A stretch of DNA of 63,958 nt, counting the filler, from Octopus bimaculoides (Eukaryota): the NCBI RefSeq assembly GCF_001194135.2. It is 7 parts of 7 records of this genome, joined end to end, with 100 filler letters (N's around TTAATTAATTAA, not from the genome) between each part and the next. Parts side by side here need not be neighbours in the genome. Positions count along the whole stretch, not along the records: positions 34,327 to 39,835 come from NC_069007.1; positions 39,936 to 57,206 come from NC_068986.1; 5 more parts are not named here. The stretch is one strand, 5' to 3'. Each line of letters starts with the position of its first letter. The first letter of the stretch is position 1. The notes beneath the pieces are model-generated. The model was not told where the DNA came from. It saw only the letters and a program-made list of their open reading frames with translations, and did not search any database. The translations under genes and the position numbers were made by a program. Below, in pieces: positions 37,723 through 51,301 of this stretch.

Positions 37723-38544
37723 GAAAATCCCAGCAATGGTTGAGAAGCTCAGGACTCAAAGCAGAGACTGAAGGATTTTTAATTGCTGCACAAGACCAAA
37801 GCCTCCCCACCAGAAATTACCAAAAACATATAATGAAAAGAAACATAACAAGTAACTGCAGAATATGTGGCGATGGACAAGAAACAATAAATCATATTGT
37901 TTCTGGTTGCCCTGTCCTGGCTAAGAAGGAATATATTCATAGACACGACAGAGCTGGGACCTATATACACTGGAAGCTATGCCAACACTATGGAATAACA
38001 ACAGAAAAAGGATGGTATAAACACACGCCAGAAAAGGTCACAGAAAACGAGAAAGCAGCCATACTCCGGGATATGCCAATACACACAGATAGAGAAATTA
38101 AGGCCAATGGACCAGATATAGTTGACAAACATCGTGAAGGAAAAAAATGCTTTCTAATTGATGTATCAATACCAGCAGATGACAACGTTTCCCTAAAAGA
38201 AATGGAGAAACTTTCAAAATACAAAGATCTGGAAATAGAGGTAACTCGAATGTGGAATCTAAAAACAGAAACAATTCCTATCATAGTAGGTGCCTTAGGT
38301 ATAATAAAAAAAATATTCAGACAAATACATAACAAAAACACCAGGACTTACAAATATATATAACATACAGAAAATTGCACTACTGGGCACTGCACACATC
38401 CTACGCAAAACACTTTCAATACAGTAACCATAAGAGCACCACAGCAAACCACATCACATACCCAAGGCGCACAGAGCTGCGCTCGGTAGTGAAGTGAAAG
38501 CACATTATAAAAATAAAACTACTGAACAATAATAATAATAATAA
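37723..38544 (+). mobile_element. 5'-truncated R4/Dong-type LINE (CCHC knuckle, RLE, 3' UTR)
   Basis: CRICG...ETINHIVSGC...YIHRHD, GPDIV...IDVSIP...EK.SKY.DL and IPIIVGALG, with one frameshift. Both flanks are TGA/TAA triplet repeats. Confidence 0.95.
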
Positions 38545-38744
38545 AGGGAGTGCAGTTATAGATTTAGTATCGGGTAAATGTGGAGTCAGCCGATACCCAC
38601 GAACGAATATGGGTTGATGACCATACTTTTGCTAACTATTTTTGGTGTCCATATGGTCACGATCAGATATCACCCACTCAACTCCCCCACTATTTGACCG
38701 AGCAGGATATCAAGGATACAACAACTAGAGAGAGAGAGAGACGT

Positions 38745-38895
38745 GCCAGCATTTGGTTAGTAACTGTCAACGGCTGAGCAGACTTGAGCAATGTAAAATG
38801 AAGTGTTTTGTTCAAAGACATAACATGCTGCCCATTCCAGTAATTGGACCCACGATATTACGATCGATAGCCGAAAACCTTAACCACTTGACCAC
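38745..38895 (-). mobile_element. Family D-like SINE head, diverged
   Basis: Minus strand TGGTCAAGTGGTTAAGG...GGTCCAATT...TGTCTTTGAACAAAACACTT. Confidence 0.65.
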
Positions 38896-39760
38896 GTACC
38901 TTCACTATGTAAATTTACATGTTTGTATATTGTAAGAGACAGTAATGGTGTCCACTGTTTCTGTGACCCCATCGCCCTTCCCCTTACACTTAATGTACAT
39001 GACACCCCTTGTTTTACTCCAATAGAGAAAATATAAGCTCTAGTGGATGTCCTTAAATGCTGTGTGCGATACCTTAGAGTGTTGTGACACTCCAGTTGGA
39101 AACCTCTGACATAGCGGCTCCATTCGTTTACTCAGAAGTGTTTGTTGATTTGATTTAGAACAGGAAAATGTATTAATTAACTTATTATCATCGAGCCTTA
39201 ATTAATATTCGCAGCCATGAATGAGTCGCTACATAGCCGCTTGATGAGCTGGCAATAGCAGCCAAAATCTCTCTCATTATCAAACTCCAATCTGAAACAA
39301 GGTAGGACACACTGAAAAACAAAACGGAATTATTCTCTAAAGTCATGAGAGAGTCTCTAAATGACTGCCTGATCCATTAAAAATAGCAGCCAAGTTTCCC
39401 TGAAATTAATCCCTATCTGAAACAAGGCAGGACACATGGAATATGGAATAAAGTAATGATATATAGCCTTAAAAAGACAGTATGGTCATGCCTGGAATGC
39501 ATTTGATCACAGATCTGCTCAGTTGGGCCAGACCTATGGTTAAGCAACAAAATACATTTTCCTAACAATCATAATATGCAATCAAAGTTAAAATTAATCT
39601 CTCATCATTCTTAAAATTTCCCCAAAATTTAGTTCTTACCTTTTTGAACTTCTCTGAAGTGAAACTTTTGTGTATTAATAGAATCCCGCTTTTGTGCTGA
39701 TGTGAAGTTTTCATCAACCTTGAAGAGAATGAAATTCAGTGGAAAATAAATGTGTGTGTG

Positions 39761-39804
<44 letters not shown>

Positions 39805-40200
39805 TGGCACTCCATCAGTTACAACAACGAGGGTTNNNNNNNNNNNNNNNNNNNNNNNNNNNNNNNNNNNNNNNNNNNNTTAATTAATTAANNNNNNNNN
39901 NNNNNNNNNNNNNNNNNNNNNNNNNNNNNNNNNNNGAAAAGAATTATATTTTAATTTGGTGACAGTGACTAATGAATTTTAAAATGATAATAAATATGAA
40001 AAATAACTTTCATTAGTTTATGAAATCTGATTTGATACTAATGAATAACATTATGAACAAAAATACAAAAAATGATGAAGGTAAGATGACAATTATAAAA
40101 GGAAGGAAAAATGAAGCTCGAAAAAGTCACCGAGCAAACAATGAATTTCAACATGAGTAAGGATTTTAAAAAATTAATTTTATTTATATGCACAAGTGAT

Positions 40201-40624
40201 AGGCGCAGGAGTGACTATGTGGTAAGTAGCTTCCTTACCAACCACATGGTTCTGGGTTAAGTCCCACTGCGTGGCACCTTGAGCCAATGTCTTCTACTAT
40301 AGCCTCGGGCCGACCAAAGCCTTGTGAGTGGATTTGGTAGACGGAAACCGAAAGAAGCCCGTCGTATATATGTATATATATATATATGTGTATGTGTGTG
40401 TAGATGTTTGTGTGTCTGTGTTTGCCCCCACAACTTCGCTTGACAACCGATGCTGGTGTGTTTACGTCCCCGTAACTTAGCGGTTCGGTAAAAAGAGACC
40501 GATAGAATAAGTACTAGGCTTACAAAGAATAAGTCCTGGGGTCGATTTGCTCGACTAAAGGCGGTGCCCCAGCATGGCCGCAGTGAAATGACTGAAACAA
40601 TTAAAAGAGTAAAGTGTAAAGAGT
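40201..40624 (+). mobile_element. Young full-length family B SINE
   Basis: Head, internal TA/TG satellite and 3' stem-loop tail, with a possible 8-bp TSD AAGTGATA (40194-40201 and 40625-40632). Confidence 0.92.
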
Positions 40625-43089
40625 AAGTGATATGCATTTAATGAAAACATGTTTTCATTAAATGTACATCTTTTCCTTGAAGTGATATACATTCAATATA
40701 TATTTACACTAAGTATATATTTACACTAACTCTACTTATATATTGTAACTGCTTATGATGCGTTTCGAAAGGTATGAAAAGTATGCTATTGAGATTAGCT
40801 ATTTTCATTGTGCTAGTAGCATTGATTTTTTGACTGGATACACTTCGTTAAATTGTGAATTCCCTATGTGAAGGCAGATGTCATACTTATTCCACCCTAC
40901 TGTATAGTAACTAGAGAGCCTTGTATGTAGTTATCGACTAGCTAGATATAACAGGTAAATAACACTTACGTCATACGCTATTCTCATTTAAAAAAGGTTG
41001 CATTAAAAAATTTAGTCCTAGAACACTATTCCTTTGTTCTTAACATTTTTTACTGTCCTCAATCATTGGACTGCGGCCATGCTAGTGCACACCTTTCAAG
41101 TGTGAAGGAATGAAAAGGTAATACAAAATTCTACTGAACATAAATAGATCTAGCGGCCCTGAATCGAGATGGCACTATGTACATTCACGCACATACTGAT
41201 TATGTCATTTCAGGCCAATATACGTGTGCGCATATGTGTGTGTATGGGAGAGAGGCAGCATTGGTGTTGTACTGTGTGTCTGACTATAAAACTTTACTCA
41301 CAAAGCTTTGTTTTAACCGAGCTTAAGTAGAAGACATTTGTCCGAGGCCCTGCACAACGGGATCGAACACATAACAGCGTGAATTCCAAGCAAGCTTCTT
41401 AGTCACACATCGATGTTTGATTTCAAATGACAAAATGGTTCTGGATCGGATGCGTCTTGGGGATCAAGAATAACCTGGGACTGAAAAACACCGACAGATT
41501 CAGTTTTCTAACATTATCTGGGTAAAAAGTAAAGACAAAAAAAATGTTAAGTAACGAAAAAACTTCATGCAAAGTAATCCCGGAAACAAAACGTTTAAAA
41601 ACCAACAGAAAAAGTGAGCTACTGGCGTTGGGGAATGGTGCAATGGAAAAGTGTAATCCACGTTGCAAACTGAGACTTTGTTTCACAAATTCAAAGAAGA
41701 GATCATTATTTTTACAGAAAAATGTGATAGTTTGATCTAGCGTAACGAGACTTTGAATAAAAGCGTAGTTTTGCACCAACAAACACAGATCATAGCAATC
41801 GATCGAATATTCGGACAAAACTTTTGCTTAATTATTTTCAATAATTCTTCAAACTCTCTTCTTATTTTCCACCTACCCACCCACAGCATATATATATATA
41901 TATCGTATTTCTGATTATCCACATATAATATTTCATTTCATCCGCACACTCAACCATTACTCGATAAAAGATTTAATCAATATCCCGTCCTTTCCAAAAT
42001 TATTTTTCTTCTTTCATTAATAAAGTTACATCTTTACATAGATTCGTATTACATTTACTTTATATCTGTTTATTTGTCTGATTTACCCTTTATTTATTTC
42101 TTATGTTGCATCGTATCTTTATCTCTTATTTTATTCTATTTCTTTCGTTCTCTCGCTCCATATTTCATATTTTCGTTCATCTTTTTTCTTTTCCAGCATG
42201 GTAATCGTTCTGATAATTTTAAAGCATTTTCCTTTCTTCTTTTTCCGTCTCATTCATTCTTTCATTCACACTTTTCTTCAAGTTTTATCTTTTGATTTTA
42301 GTGAGTTTATATCAGCGATTGTGTTTTTTTGTGGCTAGTGAGAGGTAAAAAGGCATCCAATACCATTCTAACTTGTAGATTGCTTGGAGAAACCATGAAA
42401 TACAGGTTCGTAGTTTTAATGCATGCAAAAAATGCGGTTTGGTTACAGGCACCAAGACCCATGTAGATAATTTAGATTAGTCCAAAAATCTGTCGTTTCA
42501 ACTAATAATTTCTCTCTTCTGAAATAGTATCTAAAAATCCTTCTCCCTAAAATCCTTCTCTCTCAAATAAACACTTAATGGGAAGTTTAAATCCAAAACT
42601 CGAAAGTAAGGAAACTTGATTTTGGGTTTTTACTATGAATGTACAACAGGACTTATAATGGCATATATATATGGCTCAAATTTTCACATGAGTTTACACC
42701 TGATTTTGCAACTTGTGCCCCTCTCGGACATACAATCAGTTCAACTAAAGTTTAATGTTCTTCAGCGAAATAAAAATACATTACAGGTTGTGTTATTATT
42801 ATTGTTGTTGTTGTAATCATCATCATCTTCGTCGTCGTCGACATTGTTGTTGTTGTTATTTGATGCGCTTCGTTTCGTCTCATAAAAAATTAGTTGATTT
42901 TTATGAGAAATACAGTGCTCTGTTTATTTTATTTCCTCTTGGGAATTTCGTTAAATAAGGATCCTTACTTCATTTTCTGAAAAAGACAGCAATGTGGGCA
43001 CCAAAACACATGCCCACTAAACTGCATCAAGTCATATGAAGGGATATTCTTCGCCGAAGCCTCTTACAGCAGCTGAAGCATCATCAGGT

Positions 43090-43930
43090 TTTCTACCACC
43101 GGTAGCAGTGACGAAAAGTCAGACCAATACGAGGCCAACAACATCAGTAAGAACAATAACTATAATAAAACAATAGCAACAAAAACAACAACAAAAACAA
43201 GAACCGTAACAGCAACCACAACAACAGCTACAAAAACGACACCGGCGACAGCAGCAATTATAGCAACAACAGCGAAAGCAACAACAATAACATGAGGGCA
43301 AATATCACTCGGGTGGTGCTGACTTCTAAAGAGTCTTCTATCCTCAACAGAATACGAAGAGGAGAAGAGCCCTCCACGCTACTGCCGATTATGCAGTCCC
43401 AACAACATCAGCAGCGTACAATAGTAACAACAGCAATAGCAGCAACGAATGGAAAAAGACCAACAGAAGAAGCACCAACTCCAGCAACAATAGCAACAAT
43501 AGCAACAGCAGCAACAATAGCAACAGCAGCAGAATCACAAACACCAACACAAATAACGACACTAACAACAACAAAAGCAAACCCACCACCTTCCAGCAGA
43601 ACCTCAAACCTAATTCTTTTATGCTCTCTCTTTCCGCTCTACGAAACACAACCACACACACACGGACACACACAAAATCACAATTACTCTTGCATCGGAT
43701 CTTTCGATTTGGAAACCTGTGTTTGGTCGTGGGAGGGGCACCCAAATATATCAAAACAACAAAAAAGGCACTCTCTGAGCGAACCGTACAACCACAACAA
43801 CATAAAAACCGCATCCACTACAACTACAGGCATATCCACAACACTATCGCCACCATCTAAACCACTACCTTCAACACCACCACCTCCATCATCAAACCAC
43901 CACCATTGCCAGCAATTACCGCAATGAAAT
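43090..43930 (+). repeat. ACA/GCA-rich low-complexity tract with Thr/Ala-rich reading frames
   Basis: Degenerate triplet repeats. The longest ORF (43292-43927) has no recognisable domain. Confidence 0.6.
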
Positions 43931-44179
43931 TAAAAGAACACGAGCAGCACCAACAGACAGACTCACAAACACAACAATATAAAACAAATACACTCATCCT
44001 AAACGTGGTACTAATAAGAGGCGTGAATCAAACTTGATGTCATTTATGGCACGAAAGAAAAACATTGAAAGGGAGAGATTTTGACAACCATCATCTTCAA
44101 GGTACCACAAAACTTCAAAATAATATGGTTGAACTTGGAAGCATAGTAAACGATGAGGGACAATTTCTCAAATTATGTG

Positions 44180-44640
44180 AGGAAACCACAATGTTAGAGC
44201 CAGCAGAAGGTTCCTAAAGGACTTCCCAAAGGAATTTCATGGAGATCGCATTGAGAATGTGATACACGCGTTTTCTCACCGATTTCTAGCAATTTTGAGA
44301 TCTTTGAATCTCTTACTCAGCCTGGAATGAGGAGAGAAAGGTGGTGGTGCTCCTTCAGACTGGCCTAAGTCTCGAGATATGGACAATAAATTGCTGAACT
44401 TGGACGTAAGCAAGAGCGAGGGTGGTGTCTTTAAACTAGTTACTGAATACGTCCCGACTAGGATGAGGGGATCAGTTTCCTTCAGGCTGAGAATGTCCTG
44501 CCATTTAGTGCTAGTGGGGGATTTCCCGAAGGCATCAATGTGGATAGAGGTTAACAGTATCGGATCATTTATATCGTATCCAGGCCAGCAGATAAGGATA
44601 ACTCAAGTTGTCTACAATTCAAAGAGTTTGTTACAATAAC
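44180..44640 (+). mobile_element. Possible degenerate L1/Tx1 ORF1 remnant
   Basis: RRFLKDFPKEF...DRI and WIEVNSIGSFISYPGQQ loosely resemble Tx1 ORF1 segments (Y.GQ motif). There is no intact zinc knuckle. Confidence 0.3.
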
Positions 44641-46638
44641 CACACATTTGTTGTGTACGGTCTAACTGGATAGACTTCATGGGATGGACCCGGTTATTTG
44701 AAGGAGAAAGCGTCTTTCCCAGTGTAAGAAGCTTACAGAGACCGGATTAGCAACTTATTTAAGTTGATTCTGTGGGGAAAATCGTCAACAACTGTCGGTG
44801 GCTACTCTTGAAAATGGCTATTAGAGTGGAATAGATAAGGTTCACTGACAGCCATGTTACTGTTGGATTGCTCTCTACTAAATTTGAAACTAACTTAGCA
44901 TTACTTTTATTCGTGGATCTAGACGAATGACGGTGCAGTGTATATCTTGTTTTAAAAGTGTAATCAGTTAAACCGACGTATATCTCTTCTGGGCCATGTT
45001 ATAATCGTATGTCTGCTCTTTATGTTATATCTTTCGAGAAGTTTCTGACGCAATATTTCCCTTACATACACATCACTCTACACTTCTTATTGAATATGAA
45101 GTATATGTTCTCGTGTTTGCATGTATTAACATGCATTAACTAATCCTTTGTATGTGTGCGTATTTGCATGTACCTACATATAAGTTTATATAAAAGCATA
45201 TTCCTGCTCAGAAGACATATTAATTTGCACAAAACTTAAGAAAATATATTCCCAAGCTTTTCCTTATATATGTAAAGTGAATTATTCTATTTCGAAGCTA
45301 TGAATATTGCTCATGGGGTATACATGAAACAGAATTAAAAAGCATGTTTGATTCCAAATGAAATCAATATAGTATACACATTTTTATCCCGAAACTATGG
45401 ATAAATTCAAAACGTTATCTTGTCTCTCCAATCGGTCAGGTGTTGGTCATATAAAACAGGTCGTTTAAAAGTGTCGACTTCAAGCAGTTTCCTTTAAGAA
45501 AATAATTCAAAGCTTCTAAGCTAGTTTAGATGCATGTATGTATAACTGTATACATGTGTGTGCTTGTGTGTGTGTATATGTGTGTGTGCGCGGGTGTATA
45601 AGTAGATGTACGCATGTATAGGAAGATGCGCATGTATATGCATGAGTGAAACTAAGTGTTTACATTTAATTGATTTCCAGAAAGTATTCATATTTACAAT
45701 ATGGACATGAACAGAGACAGTTATTCACAAAATATTATTAACTATAGAATTACTCAAGAATTAAATAAGGAGAGGGACTGATATATAAAGCAACGGGAAG
45801 AATATTCACTGCCATTTGCCTTATATTGTTTATACTATGACATTGAAAAAGTTCGAAGGATCTGGGGTCAAACATAATCTTTTATAAGATTTCTGAATAA
45901 AATTGGTAGACGGTTTAATTCCTTTGGCTGTGGAAGATAATAGTAGAAACCATAAATTGAAACAAATTATTTTAAGTACATATTCACCGCAATGATCCTC
46001 ATCGTCTATTTTGTGTCGTTGCAGGCGTTTAGTTTTAATTAACGATTAAACTAGAGAATATTAGATTGTTTTTCCAAACTACCGATATACATTCTCATTG
46101 TTGCTTGTAGATTCTAAGACTTTATTTTTCTCTGCGACTGAACTGTTGAGCTCAGTCCCATTGCTCCCTAGCCTTTCTCCTTCCACGTAACCGCTAGCCA
46201 TGATCATTCTTTTTGGCCTGACTGCCGACCGCCAACACCTCTTATGTCCATCTCCTATATTCTTGCGTTCTGGCTTTCACTTTATACACGCCAGCTCAGT
46301 TTGATTCATCCTCAGCCGAAAGACACCGGTTGTTATATTCTTGTTGTTTGTATTTGTAATTGTGTACCATGTTCTCCGTTTTTTGTCTTTGTCGTACACA
46401 TTCGCTAGCTTTCTTACAAAAAATCTAATGCTCTTAGCTTAGACTTTTTTTTGGGGGGGGGCAACCAGATCGAATAGTTTCAAGTGTAACTACCCAAAAC
46501 TGTAAGGACATCTGGTAACTTGTCTAACGAAAGAAGGCCACGAATGACCCGTCCTTTTTTTCTGTTCCTCTAATTGTTGTTTCTCCTGTCAGCCTTTGAA
46601 TCGTCTATCTGTTTTATTGTTCTCTATTGTTTTTGTTC

Positions 46639-46715
<77 letters not shown>

Positions 46716-47381
46716 TGTATATGTATATGTGTCTGTGTTTGTGTGTGTTTGTGTATGTCTATATCATACACTACGACCAACAAACCTAACAAAGCTTAAA
46801 TTTCAAGTTTTATTGTGATTTTGTAGTAATCATGTCTTCAGTTTAGTATCAATCTGACTTTTTTCTATACTTCTATACGATAGCTTTTGATAATAATTAA
46901 TTAATTAATTAATTAATTAAAAATTTCAGTAAAAATCTAAATATGTATTTACGTAGACTGACCTCGAAATGTAATCATAGTTGGATTAAAAATTCACGTT
47001 TAATAGCAATATTTTCCAGACATTAAACAGAGAATAACATTTTGGTTGGCGTCATATTTTCACTGGGGCAGAAATATTTCCATTTCTATTAAATAGCATT
47101 ATATGTATATGTATGTATGTGTATATATGCATGAGAGTATATTATGTACATATATCATATATAACTTGCACTCATGCATATGTATACGCGCGCACACACA
47201 CATACATACATACATGTGAACGACCGAAAACCAAACAAAACTGACGGGCAGTATGGTTCATATACATACATATACATATATGTGCGTGCACGCGTGTGTA
47301 CGTATGTGTATTATGTATGTATACATGTATGTATATGCGTGGATGTGTGTGTTTGTTCTTCTTCTTATTATTGTTGTTGCT

Positions 47382-47578
47382 AAGGCAGCGAGATGGTAGA
47401 CTCATTAGCACGCTGGACAAAATGCTTAACAGTATTTCACCCGTCGCTGCGTTCTCAGTTCAAATTCCGCCGAGATCGAATTTGCCTTTCATCCTTTCAG
47501 AGTCGGTAAATTAAGTACCAGAGAAACACTGGGGTCGATGTAATCGACTAGTCCCTTTCTGCCAAATTTTAAGCCTCT
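47382..47578 (+). mobile_element. Family A SINE lacking its tail, fused to a Tx1 fragment
   Basis: Head and core are present; the sequence ends at GCCTCT and passes directly into RT-coding sequence. Confidence 0.85.
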
Positions 47579-49632
47579 TAACAAACGTCTACTGCAACTG
47601 GCAACAGAATTTCTAGTTTTGTGAGTCGAGGAGTGGTGGCGTTGCTGAGAAAAGACCCGAACAAGGGGGATTGTTTTGACAACTTTAGGTTCATAACTCT
47701 ACTGAATGCAGAGTTCAAAGTTTTGGCCAAGCCATTGGCTACGAGGTTGGCGCTTGTCGGGGTCTGGTAGGGAAGGAACAGACATGTGCCATCCCGAAAA
47801 GAACCATCCACGACAACCGCCACCTTATGCGATACATCATTGAAAAATTGGCTAAAGAACATGGCACGGGTGGGGCCCTGATCAATTTAGATCAGTCTAA
47901 AGGTTTTGATAGCATCAACCATCTGTACCTGGCGGTGACCCTCACAGCAGCTGGTTTCGGGCCTATATTCAGAGGCTGGATCTCTGTAATGCACAGCAAC
48001 ATCTGCTCAGTGGTCAGAGTGAACGGTCACCTCTCAGACGCGTTCAACATCATGCGCTCGGTCCGGCAAGGTTGTCTCTTCTCGTCTTTCTTGTACGTAC
48101 TATTCGAGCCCCTACTACACAAACTGGAAGCGTTGAGAGGCATCTTGCGTGACCTAGGATATGGGAGATGCGTTTCGGCATATGCCGACGACGTCACCGT
48201 AGTTGTGTCGGATCATAAACACAGAAATGATCGGCATCACTCGTAGGGACTACAAGGCGGTTTCAGGAGCGACAATTAACCAGGAAAATCAGTGGGCTTG
48301 CGGCTCGGCACCTGGAGAAGCAAGTCCATTCCATACAACTGCGCCGTTGGACACTGGACGGTTAAATTGCTCGGGGTCTGGTTCGGTTCGGACCTCCAGA
48401 TAGACAAAAACTGGGACGAGGTAAAGAGCANNNNNNNNNNNNNNNNNNNNNNNNNNNNNNNNNNNNNNNNNNNNNNNNNNNNNNNNNNNNNNNNNNNNNN
48501 NNNNNNNNNNNNNNNNNNNNNNNNNNNNNNNNNNNNNNNNNNNNNNNNNNNNNNNNNNNNNNNNNNNNNNNNNNNNNNNNNNNNNNNNNNNNNNNNNNNN
48601 NNNNNNNNNNNNNNNNNNNNNNNNNNNNNNNNNNNNNNNNNNNNNNNNNNNNNNNNNNNNNNNNNNNNNNNNNNNNNNNNNNNNNNNNNNNNNNNNNNNN
48701 NNNNNNNNNNNNNNNNNNNNNNNNNNNNNNNNNNNNNNNNNNNNNNNNNNNNNNNNNNNNNNNNNNNNNNNNNNNNNNNNNNNNNNNNNNNNNNNNNNNN
48801 NNNNNNNNNNNNNNNNNNNNNNNNNNNNNNNNNNNNNNNNNNNNNNNNNNNNNNNNNNNNNNNNNNNNNNNNNNNNNNNNNNNNNNNNNNNNNNNNNNNN
48901 NNNNNNNNNNNNNNNNNNNNNNNNNNNNNNNNNNNNNNNNNNNNNNNNNNNNNNNNNNNNNNNNNNNNNNNNNNNNNNNNNNNNNNNNNNNNNNNNNNNN
49001 NNNNNNNNNNNNNNNNNNNNNNNNNNNNNNNNNNNNNNNNNNNNNNNNNNNNNNNNNNNNNNNNNNNNNNNNNNNNNNNNNNNNNNNNNNNNNNNNNNNN
49101 NNNNNNNNNNNNNNNNNNNNNNNNNNNNNNNNNNNNNNNNNNNNNNNNNNNNNNNNNNNNNNNNNNNNNNNNNNNNNNNNNNNNNNNNNNNNNNNNNNNN
49201 NNNNNNNNNNNNNNNNNNNNNNNNNNNNNNNNATGAACTTGAAAAGGAAAATAAGAGTAGAGAGGGTGGTGCTGTCTTTTAGCTAGTTTGCTGAAAGGTG
49301 GATGAAAGTGGCGTGAATGGTACAAGTGAACGGGCCTGCCCTGAGCATACGCCTGTAGTTGGAAAAAGGACAGGAAACGAAAAAAGAAAAGAAAAAGTAC
49401 CCGCCCCAAAAGTCAGGGTATCCATGGTTTTTATGGGGTTTTTCCATGAGCAGCCCTCGAACGTTACCTCCCTATTGCGGATGACACACTGTTGATCTCC
49501 TTTTTTTAAAAAATTTATACTAGTTTTGTTTACACGCAAAACCCTCACAACTACACACACTCACACACATTATTTTTGTTTTCTCTTGTGCTGTCCAAAA
49601 TGTAAACCCTTGTGGTTAATAAAGAAATCATT
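47579..49632 (+). mobile_element. 5'-truncated Tx1/L1-clade LINE (RT domain to 3' UTR, interrupted by a gap)
   Basis: FITLLNAEFKVLAK, EQTCAIPKRTIHDN, LDQSKGFD, VRQGC and AYADDVT. After the gap it reads LKRKIRVER...ERWMKVA...IRL* and ends in an AATAAA tail matching 6550-7500. Confidence 0.92.
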
Positions 49633-49637
49633 ATCAT

Positions 49638-50070
49638 CATCGAGAGAGAGAGCAGATCATACCATCAAAGTGACATTGGGGTATAAATATAGGAAGCCCA
49701 TCATGACAACCCGTCTGATAAGGGTACGCCAAGCACTTGCATCACAACTATATGTGCGCAACATGGGGATTTCATATCAAGATAAGCAGCGCATAATCTT
49801 ACAGGTGGGGCTAGGTTGAGTAGCCCATCCCGCTCAAAACGGCCCTGAATAAGCTTTGTTTAGGGATGATGAACGAAACACTCATGTTTACAGAGGTGAA
49901 TTATTCAAACTTCAAAGAATTCCTCTGAATACGTGGATATGATGCTTCCGTACTATTTCTACTCGTGATCAAAGATGCACATATCGTCAGCCACGAAGGG
50001 ACATGCTCAACTGGTTAAGGTCAAACAACTGACAAGAAAACTTGTGGTATTGAGCAGAATATTTACTGTA
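49638..50070 (-). repeat. Interspersed repeat, family E (unclassified)
   Basis: Its distal 170 bp match 17903-18070 in the opposite orientation. Confidence 0.6.
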
Positions 50071-50169
50071 TCACATCTTTTACACAAAGACAAAACATGT
50101 ACATGATAGCACTTTCAATCAGTTCAGATAAAAATTATGAGAGTTATTGCCTAGTACTGAATCGGCGCA

Positions 50170-50224
<55 letters not shown>

Positions 50225-50233
50225 GTTGTTGTT

Positions 50234-50580
50234 GTTCAGTAGTTTTATTTTTATAACGTGCTTTCACTTCACTACCGAGCGCAGCTCTGTGTGCCTTGGG
50301 TATGTGCTGTGGTTTGCTGTGATTCTCTTATGGTTACTGTATTGAAAGTGTTTTGCGTAGGATGTGTTCAGTGCCCAGTAGTGCAATTTTCTGTGTGTTA
50401 TATATATATTTTAAGTCCTGGTGTTTTTGTTATGTATTTGTCTGAATATTTTTTTATTATACCTAAGGCACCTACTATGATAGGAATTGTTTCTGTTTTT
50501 TAGATTCCACATTCGAATTACTTCTATTTCCAGGTCTTTGTATTTTGAAAGTTTTTCCATTTCTTTTAGGGAAACGTTTA
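50234..50580 (-). mobile_element. R4/Dong-type LINE 3' end
   Basis: Near-identical reverse complement of about 38180-38527, abutting (TTA)n. Confidence 0.9.
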
Positions 50581-51135
50581 TTANNNNNNNNNNNNNNNNN
50601 NNNNNNNNNNNNNNNNNNNNNNNNNNNNNNNNNNNNNNNNNNNNNNNNNNNNNNNNNNNNNNNNNNNNNNNNNNNNNNNNNNNNNNNNNNNNNNNNNNNN
50701 NNNNNNNNNNNNNNNNNNNNNNNNNNNNNNNNNNNNNNNNNNNNNNNNNNNNNNNNNNNNNNNNNNNNNNNNNNNNNNNNNNNNNNNNNNNNNNNNNNNN
50801 NNNNNNNNNNNNNNNNNNNNNNNNNNNNNNNNNNNNNNNNNNNNNNNNNNNNNNNNNNNNNNNNNNNNNNNNNNNNNNNNNNNNNNNNNNNNNNNNNNNN
50901 NNNNNNNNNNNNNNNNNNNNNNNNNNNNNNNNNNNNNNNNNNNNNNNNNNNNNNNNNNNNNNNNNNNNNNNNNNNNNNNNNNNNNNNNNNNNNNNNNNNN
51001 NNNNNNNNNNNNNNNNNNNNNNNNNNNNNNNNNNNNNNNNNNNNNNNNNNNNNNNNNNNNNNNNNNNNNNNNNNNNNNNNNNNNNNNNNNNNNNNNNNNN
51101 NNNNNNNNNNNNNNNNNNNNNNNNNNNNNNNNNNN

Positions 51136-51263
51136 GTCAATTTTACCTTTCGTCCTTTCGGAGTCAATAAATTAAGTACCAGTGAAAAACTGGAGTCGAT
51201 GTAATTGACTCATCCCCTCCCCCAAAATGCCTGCTATTGTTGCAAAATTTGGAACCGTTATTA

Positions 51264-51301
<38 letters not shown>

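Noticed and set aside
41423-41818. 131-aa minus-strand ORF and a strong polypyrimidine acceptor near 41520
   Set aside because: It starts at a non-ATG codon, has no recognisable domain and has no convincing donor.
46120-46570. Pyrimidine-rich segment resembling a Penelope-type tail with CTAACGAAAG
   Set aside because: No intact CUGANGA/GAAA pair or stems, and no second copy in the window to support it.
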